40,435 nt of DNA from Candidatus Tepidifontimicrobium thermophilum (GTDB taxonomy: Bacteria > Sysuimicrobiota > Sysuimicrobiia > Sysuimicrobiales > Sysuimicrobiaceae): positions 1 to 40,435 of the forward strand of contig JAVKHO010000020.1 of the NCBI GenBank assembly GCA_031459915.1, given 5' to 3'. The stretch's first letter is position 1, and the number at the start of each line of letters is the position of its first letter. The notes beneath the pieces are model-generated. The model was not told where the DNA came from and searched no databases. It saw only the letters and a list, made by a program, of their open reading frames with translations. The translations under genes were made by a program, and so were the position numbers. Of the stretch, positions 1 to 8,880 are shown in pieces.

Positions 1-163
1 GAGTGAGCCGGCCAACGTCAAAGTAGCCGAAACCGCCGCTACCCGAAAAGCCTACGCTCGGCTACCAACCCGGGGCCGATCGCCGCCTCCACCCCACCCC
101 GAAGGGCTCCGTCAGCTGTCCGACCGGCCATCCGAACGATACCCACATGGGCGCCGCGGTGGT

Positions 164-193
164 TTGACACCCACCGTTCCCTTCTGGTAGTCT
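164..193 (+). promoter_or_regulatory. Putative sigma70 promoter of the lipoprotein gene
   Basis: TTGACA (164-169), 18-nt spacer, TGg-TAGTCT extended -10 (185-193), about 70 nt before ATG 264. Confidence 0.6.
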
Positions 194-263
194 TTGCTTC
201 CGCTTGCAGGGGGACCGGGGCCGCCGGCGGCGGTCAGGCTTCACTGGATCGGGAGGGCTTCAG

Positions 264-1532
264 ATGGACGGCTTGCCGCACTCCGCGCGTTTCGCGTCCA
301 CCCTCATCCTGCTCGCAGCTCTCACCTCCTGCGGGGCCGTGGGATCCCCGCTGGTAGGAACGCCCCCTACGCCGCCCGTGCAGCGGACGGAGGTGTCCCC
401 GTGGGGAGCGCTTCTGGTGAACGGGCAGCCTGCCGTGGTCACCAGCTTGAACAAGTTCGCCGGATGGGCGGGCCTGGGCTGGCTGCGCAGTCAGGCGGAC
501 TACGAGCAACGCCTCCGGGAAGCCAAGGCGGCCGGGTTCAACACCCTGTGGGTCCGGGACATTCCCTCGCAGTTCTGGAACACCTGGTCCATGTGGTCCA
601 CAGCCAACGCCTACGAGCTCCAGGGCAGCCGGGAAGTCTTCAACCCTGACCGCGTGGCCCGTATCGCCCGCGACCCCGCCATGCTCTTGTGGTTCCTGCA
701 CAGCGAGTTCCACGGGATGACGAGCAGCTACTCGGACTGGACGGTCACGAAGAACCAGGTCAAGGCCGTCGACCCCAACCACGTAGTGGGAGACCTCGTG
801 ATGTACCAGGCCGGGTACCCGTCCGACACCACCAACCCCTACGCGGTGATGGACTACCCCATGCCCGAGTTCACCATCTCCGAGTTCGCCCCGCACACCC
901 AGATCCTCCATATCGTGAACGAAGCTCAGTACGCCCAGCGTATCCGCTCGCGCGGCGCACGATTCGTCAACGCCGCGTCCGTGACTGTAGTCAGCGAGTT
1001 CGCCACCTACATCAACGGAGGACGGCCCACCATCCCGTCCCGGGAGGAGATCTTTCGAGCCTTCCTCCTGCTTGTGGCCCTGAACTACCGGGCTTTCGAC
1101 GTCCTCTGGGGTGCAAACCAAGTGATCTACAGCAACGAGCAGGAGCGTCAGCAGCTGTTCCAGAACCTGGAGCAGCTCCGGCCCGCTATCGACCGGGCCT
1201 GGTCCGACACCCTGGACGCCTTTCGCCTCGTCACCGGCCCCCTGTACTCGGTCGTGGCGGAACCCGCGGATTTCACCCAGATCCTCGACGCGACTCCCCG
1301 GTTCCAGCTGCAGTTCGACCGCTACGTGGGCGTCTACGCAGCGCAGAAGCCTGCAGGAGGCGCCTCGTACGTGGTCGCGGTGAACCCGCAAGACGGTCCC
1401 CTTTCGGTCTCCATCCCTGTGTCGGGGAGCAGCGCCACTGAACTCGTCACCGGCCAGGCCGTGTCCCTGACCGGGGGGCGGATCTCCGTAACCCTCCCGG
1501 CCCGTGCGGCCCGCGTCTACGCCGTCCGGTAA
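264..1532 (+). CDS. Lipoprotein with putative glycoside-hydrolase-like TIM barrel and C-terminal beta-sandwich (422 aa)
   Basis: GGGAGG RBS at 251-256, ATG 264; hydrophobic signal with lipobox LTSC (Cys23); LREAKAAGFNTLWV resembles the clan GH-A beta2 motif; C-terminal YVVAVN...VTLPARAARVY resembles a GH accessory beta domain. Confidence 0.6.
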   Translation: MDGLPHSARFASTLILLAALTSCGAVGSPLVGTPPTPPVQRTEVSPWGALLVNGQPAVVTSLNKFAGWAGLGWLRSQADYEQRLREAKAAGFNTLWVRDIPSQFWNTWSMWSTANAYELQGSREVFNPDRVARIARDPAMLLWFLHSEFHGMTSSYSDWTVTKNQVKAVDPNHVVGDLVMYQAGYPSDTTNPYAVMDYPMPEFTISEFAPHTQILHIVNEAQYAQRIRSRGARFVNAASVTVVSEFATYINGGRPTIPSREEIFRAFLLLVALNYRAFDVLWGANQVIYSNEQERQQLFQNLEQLRPAIDRAWSDTLDAFRLVTGPLYSVVAEPADFTQILDATPRFQLQFDRYVGVYAAQKPAGGASYVVAVNPQDGPLSVSIPVSGSSATELVTGQAVSLTGGRISVTLPARAARVYAVR

Positions 1533-1535
1533 GCC

Positions 1536-3851
1536 TCACCGGTCGCAGCCCGCAGCCAGGGTCGGGCCCTGGCCCAAACGCGGCCGGTAGACGGCCTCGA
1601 GGGAGGCCACCATGGCCTCCGCGGACAGGTACCCGGCCACGTGTGCCCTCGCCGCGGCCCTCATCTGCGTCAGGGTCGCGCCATCCTCGGCCAGGGAGCG
1701 AATGGCCGCGGCGAGGGCCGCGGGATCTCCCGGCGGCACCAGCCGTCCGGTCAGTCCTTCTGCCACCAGGTCCGGCACCCCACCGACCCGGGCCGCCACC
1801 ACCGGCACGCCCGCAGCCTGCGCCTCCACGAGGACCCGCCCCATCCCTTCGTTGCGAGAAGGCAACACCAGGATGTCGAACACCGGCAGGAGGTCCGGCA
1901 CGTCCCGCCGGAGGCCCAGGAAGTGCACGCGTTCTCGTACCCCGAGCTGCTCCGCAAGCTTCTGGAGGACTCCCCGCTGAGGCCCGTCGCCTACCAGGAC
2001 GAGGTGGACCGGGGGTGTCAGGTCCACGAGTCGCGCGGTGGCCGCGATGGCATCCTCGATCCCCTTGACCGGCACCAACCTGGCCACGCATCCCACCACG
2101 AAGGACGGCTCGGGCAGCCCCAGGTCGCTCCGGCGGAGGGACGCCGGTTTCCGGTACCGCTCGATCTCCACCCCGCTGGGGACCACGCGCCACTGCTCCG
2201 GACGTCCCACCTTCTCCGCAAGGTGCTCGCGCCGTTCGGACTCCGTGAGCGCGACGAGGACGTCCGTCCACCGCGCCAGCACCCGTTCCACCCACGCAAA
2301 CAGTCGGCTGCGTACCCTCCCTCCGTAGCCGTGGTACACGTGCCCGTGTGGGGTGTGCACGACGACAGGAACCCGCGCCAGGCGCGCGGCAATCCGGCCC
2401 AGGACACCCGCCTTGGAGGTGTGCGTGTGGACCACGTCGTAACCCCGCCGCATGAGCCGGTAAAGGTCCCAGAGCGCCCGCAGGTCTGCAACAGGCCGGA
2501 TCTCCCGGACTAGGGTGGGAATGCGGTGGAACACAATCGCCTCCGGCACGGGCAGCACTCCCTCCGAGCCCGTCTCCGGACCTGCGGCGAGCTCTACTTC
2601 GTAGCCACGAGCCTGTAACCCGCCCACCGTCAGCAGGGTGTTCTCCTGAGCCCCGCCCACCACAAGCCGTGTGATCACGTGCAGGACGCGAGGCGGCCTC
2701 GGGCTCGGGGGTGTCCAACCGGAACTCTGCCACAGCTGCAGCACGGCCTGGCGGGCGTCCTGGCCAGCACGGCGCCGCCCTTCTGCCCCCATCTTCCGGG
2801 CCTCGTCGGGGTCGCGGACGAGCCGCCAAATGGCGCCGGCAAGGGCCGCAGGGTCGTCGGGCGGCACCAGAAACCCCGTCCTGCCGTGCTCCACCGCCTC
2901 CGGAATGCCGCCGGTGGCGGCACCTACCACCGGAAGGCCGGCCGACCCGGCCTCCAAGAACACGATACCGAACCCTTCCACCCCGTCCCGATCCGTCAGT
3001 CGGCGGCTGGGGAGCACGAAGGCGTCCGCGGCTGCGTAGTAGTCCACCAGGACGTCGTCCGGAACAAACCCAGCGAAGCACACCCGGTCCGCGATCCCCA
3101 GCTCGCGCGCCAGGGTCTCCAGGCGAGCCCGCTGCGGGCCTTCGCCGACCAGAACCGCTGCGACAGGCTCCCCAGTGTGCACGAGCCGGGCGAGGGCGCG
3201 CAGGACCACGTCGTGCGCCTTGCGGGGCACCAGCCGCCCCACGCTCAACACCACGAACTGCCCGTCCAAACCCAAAAATTCACGCAGCCGCCGCCGGGCG
3301 TCCGCCCCCGCTTGGTACCGTCCCGGGTCCACCGTGGGGGGGACGCGCACCGTGCGCGGCAGGTGGAAGCCCAACTCGACGAAGTGCCTGCGGGTGAACT
3401 CGCTGTTCACCCCCACCGCCGCCGCGCCGCGCAACCAACGCCCGAACACGGCCCGGGCCACGCGCCACCTCAGCAGGCCAGGCGACTCCCCGCCGTGCAG
3501 GTAGACCGCGTACGGGAGGCCGAACAGCCGGCGCATCAGGACTCCAATGGGGAGCTGGTACAGGTGGCCCAGGTGCACTGCACAGAAATCCCCACGCCGC
3601 ACCAGCCGGGCTGCGTGCCAGGCGAGGAGGAAGGACTGCGCAAGGCGGGGGAGGGGTTTCGGGCTCGTGGGGACGTTCCTCCGGTGGACAGGCACAGGCA
3701 GCGCCGCGTCCACGTGTTCCCAGCCCGGAAGCCGCGGTGCGAGGACCTCCAGGGAGCCCTCCGGCGCCTGCTGGGACAGCCGCTGGTAGTAGCGGGAACA
3801 CCCACCCGCCATCGGGGGAAAGTCGTTCGTCACCAGCAGCACTTTCTTCAG
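1536..3851 (-). CDS. Tandem double-domain GT4 (GT-B) glycosyltransferase (771 aa)
   Basis: Domain 1: KKVLLVTNDFPPMAGG, SVGRLVPRK, EGFGIVFLEA. Domain 2: RVLHVITRLVVGGAQ, VARLVPVKG, EGMGRVLVEA. Start placed at CTG 3851 (GGAGG 7 nt upstream); GTG 3842 is an alternative. Confidence 0.88.
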   Translation of the reverse strand: MKKVLLVTNDFPPMAGGCSRYYQRLSQQAPEGSLEVLAPRLPGWEHVDAALPVPVHRRNVPTSPKPLPRLAQSFLLAWHAARLVRRGDFCAVHLGHLYQLPIGVLMRRLFGLPYAVYLHGGESPGLLRWRVARAVFGRWLRGAAAVGVNSEFTRRHFVELGFHLPRTVRVPPTVDPGRYQAGADARRRLREFLGLDGQFVVLSVGRLVPRKAHDVVLRALARLVHTGEPVAAVLVGEGPQRARLETLARELGIADRVCFAGFVPDDVLVDYYAAADAFVLPSRRLTDRDGVEGFGIVFLEAGSAGLPVVGAATGGIPEAVEHGRTGFLVPPDDPAALAGAIWRLVRDPDEARKMGAEGRRRAGQDARQAVLQLWQSSGWTPPSPRPPRVLHVITRLVVGGAQENTLLTVGGLQARGYEVELAAGPETGSEGVLPVPEAIVFHRIPTLVREIRPVADLRALWDLYRLMRRGYDVVHTHTSKAGVLGRIAARLARVPVVVHTPHGHVYHGYGGRVRSRLFAWVERVLARWTDVLVALTESERREHLAEKVGRPEQWRVVPSGVEIERYRKPASLRRSDLGLPEPSFVVGCVARLVPVKGIEDAIAATARLVDLTPPVHLVLVGDGPQRGVLQKLAEQLGVRERVHFLGLRRDVPDLLPVFDILVLPSRNEGMGRVLVEAQAAGVPVVAARVGGVPDLVAEGLTGRLVPPGDPAALAAAIRSLAEDGATLTQMRAAARAHVAGYLSAEAMVASLEAVYRPRLGQGPTLAAGCDR

Positions 3852-4990
3852 GTGGACGCCTCCAGGTAGCGGAACTTGCCCGCCGCGCCCCGGGGGAGCC
3901 GTTCTTCCACCGCCGCCCGCGTCTGCAGTCCAAGCCGGTTCGCAGCCTGACACAACGCCTCCAGAGCGAGGCGGTCCGCTTCCTCCGCGCGCAAAGCCCA
4001 GGCGCCGTTGAACTTCGCCACAAAGCGGGCCGGCAGGGGAGCCTCCGCCGCGGCCAACTCCGTGCACGCCTCGAAAGCCCGCCAGAGGGGCGACAGCCGG
4101 CGCGGGAGCACCACTCGCGGGAGCACACGGCCGCAGGTGCACGTGCCTCCTTCTTCAGAGACGGGTTCGTCCAGGGGGTACCGGAGGAGTGGCACCGGTC
4201 GGCGTACGAGGGAGCTGGCCAGCGTTGCCGTTGGCTCCGCTTCCAGCCACACTTGCTCCGCGACCAGGTGCAGGGATCCCCGAGGGCACTCAAACGCCAC
4301 CGCTCCGATCTCGGTACACCCGAACTCCTCCACGAGCGTTGCCCCGAACGCCTTCTGGACGGCTCTCCTCTGGAAGCCGAACGGGGGCTCGCCCGTGGCG
4401 ATTACCACTCGCGGCGACCACCGCAGCTCCACACCGCGCACCGCCAGCTCGTACAGCGCAGAGGGGTAGCCGTACACGTATGCGAACCGGCACCGTGACA
4501 GCAACGCTCGTGCCTCCCGAAGCCAGTCCGTCCCGTCCCGGACGAGCACCCTCCGCGCTCCCAACGCGCCGTCCTTCAAGCGCAGCAGCCACAGCCGTGC
4601 TGCGTGACCCTGCGCGCCCAGCAATACCAAGCCCGGCGCACCCGGTTCCACGCCCCACCAGCTCAGCGCCCGCCAGAACGCGGCCAGGAGTTGCGCGTAC
4701 CCGCCCCTCCCGACGGACACCTCCGCCGCCTTCCCGGAGGAGCCGCTGGTACGGCGGCGCATCGCCAGGATCGGCCCCTGGACCCCAGACCGGTGCCCTC
4801 GAGGGACTCGTTCTAGAACCTCCTGCACGGAGGCTTCGCCCGCCGCGTACCCCGCCTGCTGGAGGACCGCTTGCAGCCGGGCTCGCCGCGTCGCCTCGAG
4901 CAGCTCCACGGAGCCCTCCGTCCCGCGCAGGACGGACAGCTCCTCCCAGAACCGCCGACCCAGCACCAGGGAAGCGCCAGCAGCCCTCAT
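3848..4990 (-). CDS. CapK / phenylacetate-CoA-ligase-like adenylate-forming protein (380 aa)
   Basis: RTSGSSG P-loop, YVYGYPS, ATGE, EEFGCTE, PLLRY, CTCGR, GKFRY; ATG 4990 overlaps upstream TGA and has a GAGGAGG RBS. Confidence 0.75.
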   Translation of the reverse strand: MRAAGASLVLGRRFWEELSVLRGTEGSVELLEATRRARLQAVLQQAGYAAGEASVQEVLERVPRGHRSGVQGPILAMRRRTSGSSGKAAEVSVGRGGYAQLLAAFWRALSWWGVEPGAPGLVLLGAQGHAARLWLLRLKDGALGARRVLVRDGTDWLREARALLSRCRFAYVYGYPSALYELAVRGVELRWSPRVVIATGEPPFGFQRRAVQKAFGATLVEEFGCTEIGAVAFECPRGSLHLVAEQVWLEAEPTATLASSLVRRPVPLLRYPLDEPVSEEGGTCTCGRVLPRVVLPRRLSPLWRAFEACTELAAAEAPLPARFVAKFNGAWALRAEEADRLALEALCQAANRLGLQTRAAVEERLPRGAAGKFRYLEAST

Positions 4991-5808
4991 CCCTGCACCT
5001 CCTCGCGGTGCAGCTGCCCGCTGACGTAGCCGGCCAGGTAAGACACCTGGGCCGCCAGGCCGACCCACTGAAACGTTACGAGTCGCTGCACCAAGCGCAG
5101 CGCGTGCCGCGCTGCCCGGTACGGGCCTGTGCGGCGTTCCTGGAAGCGGGACAGGTGGCCGTCCGGATTCTCCAGGGCCAGGTCCGGAGCCTTCCGGACC
5201 GCTCGAGCACTCTGGCGCCCGTTCCGGTAGGACGTGCGGCACAGGTCCAGCAAACCGGCCGGCATCGGGTGGTAGAACCAGGCGTTGGGAACCACCACCG
5301 TCCGCCAGCCCGCCTGGCGGAGACGGTGGCGGAACTCGGGGTCGACACCCCGCGGGATGTCCTCACGGAAGCCTCCGAGCTCCCAGAACAGGTCGCGGCG
5401 GATCGCGCAGCACGCGGTCACCACCATGTCGCTGTCCGTAGGCACGGTCACCACGGGCGAGGTGCTGCGGGGGATCTGCCGGGCTGCGGCCCGCTGGAAC
5501 CACGTGGACCCAGGCGGCAGCAGCTGGGCCGCTCCCACCATCCCAGCCCGGTCCACTGTCTGGAGGCACCAGACCATGGTCTCCAGCACGCGTTCGTGCC
5601 CCAGCCGCACGTCGTCGTCCAGGAACACCAGGACTTCGCCCCGGGCCCGGCGCGCGCCCTCGTTCCGCGCCCGGCCGCTGGGGCAGACGTCCCGCACCAC
5701 GTGCACCTCGAAGGGTCGCAGCGTCTGCCGCTCTAGGTCCCCGAGCAGCGCGCGCACGTTCCGCTCGCGCTCCGGCCTGCCGGAGGGCACCACCGCGCTG
5801 ATCACCAC
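4987..5808 (-). CDS. GT2 family glycosyltransferase (273 aa)
   Basis: ARNEGA...GEVLVFLDDD, LGGF, GVDPEF..RL motifs; overlaps neighbouring stop/start codons. Confidence 0.85.
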   Translation of the reverse strand: MVISAVVPSGRPERERNVRALLGDLERQTLRPFEVHVVRDVCPSGRARNEGARRARGEVLVFLDDDVRLGHERVLETMVWCLQTVDRAGMVGAAQLLPPGSTWFQRAAARQIPRSTSPVVTVPTDSDMVVTACCAIRRDLFWELGGFREDIPRGVDPEFRHRLRQAGWRTVVVPNAWFYHPMPAGLLDLCRTSYRNGRQSARAVRKAPDLALENPDGHLSRFQERRTGPYRAARHALRLVQRLVTFQWVGLAAQVSYLAGYVSGQLHREEVQG

Positions 5809-7688
5809 CGCACCTCGAGCGCGTCCAGGTCCACCACCGCGGCATCCTCACCCACCCGCACCACCAGCCCGTCCGGGGAGGTCTCGCAAGACGTCTCGAC
5901 GTCGCTGACCACCAGGGCGGCCACGGCTGCCGTGTCGTTTCGCAGGGCGTACCGGATCACGTACGCCAGACCGTTGCTCGTGAACGCCTCCTCAACCTCG
6001 GGAGCCGCCGACACGCCGTACAAAAACCGCAGCTCGCCCTGCAGGCCCCGGCAGTCGAAGCGCAGTTGATCCTCGCCCGGTACGGGGGGTGCCGCGACCC
6101 GGACCGTGGCCCACACTGCCTCCGCCCCGCCACGGAACCGGTCGGCACAGACCAGACATCCCGCGTCGCTGAACCACACCAGGGCCCTGCGCACCTCCGC
6201 GCCGCGAAGCACCGCCTCCCGGTACGCGGCCGTCGGACGGACACCCAGCCGCCGGGCCGCCAGGCGGGCGCCGCGCATGACAAACCCGAGCCAGGTTCCC
6301 CGCTCTGCGGTCCGGGCCGCCTGGTGCCCAGCCGTCCTCCACAGGTGCGCCGGCACTCCCCGCCCCACGAACGCCACGCCCCTCGAAGAGGGGAAGGTGC
6401 GGACCTCCTCGTACCGCCGGACAGCCCACGCAACGCCTGCTGCTTCCACCACGGGCATGAAGCCTACCCACCGGGGCTCCGTGGGGTGGGACATCTCGTG
6501 CGGCGGCGGTGGTACCACGGTACGGCCTCGGTGCTTCCAGCTCAGCACCTGCAGCCCGCTGTACCGGGCGTCGGCGAACAGGTACGAGCCGGGGTGGAAC
6601 TGTCCCCGGGTGGAGAACGCGGCGAAGCGGTCGCCGTCCCGTTCCACCCACAGCCCGGCTTCCTCCGCGCGCCACCACACCGGCTTTACCGGTCCCTGGA
6701 GGGGGCGCCCGTCCGGGGTCTGCACGAGGAGGAACGCAGCGAAGGCGGCGTAGTCCAGGCCCTCCACGTAGTCGTCCCAGCCCAGCCGCTCGCGCTCGAA
6801 GGGTGTCGGGTAGGTCCGGAAGGCCCCGTCCGCCCCCACCAAGTGCCCTAGGAAGCGGGCGGCCCGCGAGGCCGCCGCCGCCACGCACGCGGCTTCCTCC
6901 CCGCCCACCACCGCTTGCTCCAGCGAGCGACGCAGGGCGTACAGGGCGGCGGCGTAGCCGTACAGGGAGTTGCAGCTCCGCCCGAAGTATAGGGTCTCGC
7001 CGTCCGGCGCGCACAGGTGCCCAAGGGCGACGACCCCTCGGCGCAGGGCGTCTCGCACCTGAGCGTCCGGGAGCTCCAGGAGGAACATGGCCAGCATGGC
7101 GCAGAACTTCGCGTGGTAGGTGAGGGGCGTGCACCGGTCGCCCGCCGACCCGCGCGGCGGGTAGTCCGCGAACAGTCCGGATCCGCCCTGCAGGGGCAAC
7201 ACCTCGTGCTGCATGCAGCGTCGGGCGGCTTCCACGTCCGCGGCACGCCCCAGGGCCAGGCCCCGCTGCAGGAGGCAGACGGCCCGCATGGCATGCCAGT
7301 TGTTCGTAGCACGGCCGGTCACAGACGCAAAGGGCATGCGGAGGAGGTAGCTGGTGAGCCGCCCTCGTAGCTCGTCGGGTACCGTGCGCCCCCAGACACG
7401 GTACAGGGCGAGCAACCCCAGGTGGTTCAGTTCTGGGGCACCCCGCACCCGCGCCGGAAGGCCGAGGAAGTAGCGCACCGCACGTTCCGCCGGTTCCCGG
7501 AGGTCCTCCTCCCCTGACATCGCACACGCACCCGCGAACAGGGAGACCGCGTAGTGGGAAGGCGCAAGGGGGTGCCCGGTCACGGGGTCGCGCAGGTTCC
7601 CCGTCCCGTCCTGGCAGTCCGTGAGGCGGCGCAACAACTTCACTCCCCTCGTCCGCGCCTCAAGCTCATCCACGGCTACGGCCGCCAC
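5802..7688 (-). CDS. Hypothetical polysaccharide-cluster protein, probable alpha/alpha toroid plus beta domain (DUF2264-like or lyase-like), about 628 aa
   Basis: Long in-operon ORF overlapping both neighbours; TNNWHAM, YHAKF and PDGETLYFGRS motifs; start GTG 7688 or 7673 uncertain; fold is inference. Confidence 0.55.
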   Translation of the reverse strand: MAAVAVDELEARTRGVKLLRRLTDCQDGTGNLRDPVTGHPLAPSHYAVSLFAGACAMSGEEDLREPAERAVRYFLGLPARVRGAPELNHLGLLALYRVWGRTVPDELRGRLTSYLLRMPFASVTGRATNNWHAMRAVCLLQRGLALGRAADVEAARRCMQHEVLPLQGGSGLFADYPPRGSAGDRCTPLTYHAKFCAMLAMFLLELPDAQVRDALRRGVVALGHLCAPDGETLYFGRSCNSLYGYAAALYALRRSLEQAVVGGEEAACVAAAASRAARFLGHLVGADGAFRTYPTPFERERLGWDDYVEGLDYAAFAAFLLVQTPDGRPLQGPVKPVWWRAEEAGLWVERDGDRFAAFSTRGQFHPGSYLFADARYSGLQVLSWKHRGRTVVPPPPHEMSHPTEPRWVGFMPVVEAAGVAWAVRRYEEVRTFPSSRGVAFVGRGVPAHLWRTAGHQAARTAERGTWLGFVMRGARLAARRLGVRPTAAYREAVLRGAEVRRALVWFSDAGCLVCADRFRGGAEAVWATVRVAAPPVPGEDQLRFDCRGLQGELRFLYGVSAAPEVEEAFTSNGLAYVIRYALRNDTAAVAALVVSDVETSCETSPDGLVVRVGEDAAVVDLDALEVRW

Positions 7689-8869
7689 TCCGCCACCCTC
7701 TCCCGGCGGGCGGTGCGTTCCTCGCGCCGCGAGCACACACCCGCGCATACGGCCCGAACCTCCTGCGCCCTACGCTCCCAGCTGTGGCAAGCGGCGAACC
7801 GCCGTCCCGCCTCGCCCATACGCGCCCGCAACTGCGGATCCAGCAACAGCACACGCAGCGCGCGGACCGCGGCCTCCTTGTCCCCCTCCGGCACCAGGTA
7901 GCCTGTCACCCCGTGCCGGACCGCCTCCACCGCGCCTCCTGAGGCGCCCCCCACCACCGGCCTGCCACACGCACCGGCTTCCAGGAACACCATCCCGAAT
8001 CCCTCCACGTCTCCGTCAGGAGTCGTGCGGTTCAGCATCACGAACACGTCGCAGGCGGAGTACAGAAGGGGAAGCTCGGCATCTGGGACTACGCCCAGGA
8101 GCCTCACGTGGTCCTCCACCCCCTCCTCCCGGGCGACGCGCTGTAGGCGGCGGCGTTCCTCCTCCGTTCCCTCCCCCGCGACCCAGTACACCACCGGCAC
8201 GTGCCGCAACAGGCCCGGCAGCAGCCGGATCACCGTGTCCTGGCCCTTCCGCGGGATCAGGCGCCCCACCGTGAGCAGCACCGCCCCGTCGCGGACACCG
8301 TGCTGGGCTCGAAGCCCGCCTCCGTCCGCGGGCTGGAACCTGGCTAGGTCTACGCCCGGTCGTGCGAGGCGGATCTTGCTCCCGGGCACGCCGAACCGTC
8401 GCACCTGCCGTCCGGTAAACCGGCTGTTCACGAACACCGCCGCCGCCTGTGCCAGCACAGTCCGTATCGCCCGGCGGGCCAGGCGTTTCCGCCCTAGGGT
8501 GGTGAGCTCCTCACCGTGCACGTACACCACGTAGGGTACGCCGGTGAGTCTATGCACCACGTACACGGCCAGGCCCACAGGGAACAGCTGCCCCGCGTGC
8601 AGCACGTCCACCCCCTCCCACACCGTGAGCCACAGGCTGACCAGGAGGTGGGCGAGCCACTCGACGGCCATCCGCACCTTGGGGAGGGGTGGAAAGGGGG
8701 TGCGGATGACCCGGAAGGGCTGCCGTCGGTCGAACGCTCGCGCTTCCGGGTGCCGTCGCGCCACTACCGTCCACCGCACGTCGGCCATGCGGCGGACCAG
8801 CTCGTAGTAGTAGACCGCGGTGCCGCCCGGGTGCGGGGCGAAGTACTCGGTGACGAGCAACATGCGCAC
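7676..8869 (-). CDS. GT4 family glycosyltransferase (397 aa)
   Basis: MLLVTEYFAPHPGG, YVHGEE, TVGRLIPRKG, EGFGMVFLEA. Confidence 0.9.
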   Translation of the reverse strand: MRMLLVTEYFAPHPGGTAVYYYELVRRMADVRWTVVARRHPEARAFDRRQPFRVIRTPFPPLPKVRMAVEWLAHLLVSLWLTVWEGVDVLHAGQLFPVGLAVYVVHRLTGVPYVVYVHGEELTTLGRKRLARRAIRTVLAQAAAVFVNSRFTGRQVRRFGVPGSKIRLARPGVDLARFQPADGGGLRAQHGVRDGAVLLTVGRLIPRKGQDTVIRLLPGLLRHVPVVYWVAGEGTEEERRRLQRVAREEGVEDHVRLLGVVPDAELPLLYSACDVFVMLNRTTPDGDVEGFGMVFLEAGACGRPVVGGASGGAVEAVRHGVTGYLVPEGDKEAAVRALRVLLLDPQLRARMGEAGRRFAACHSWERRAQEVRAVCAGVCSRREERTARRERVAEWRP

Positions 8870-8880
8870 GGTGAGCCCCC

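Noticed and set aside
1..160. c-di-GMP riboswitch upstream of the lipoprotein gene
   Set aside because: Inverted repeats exist, but I could not find the GEMM-I (GGCAAAC..GAAA..GACGCAAAG) or class II pattern on either strand
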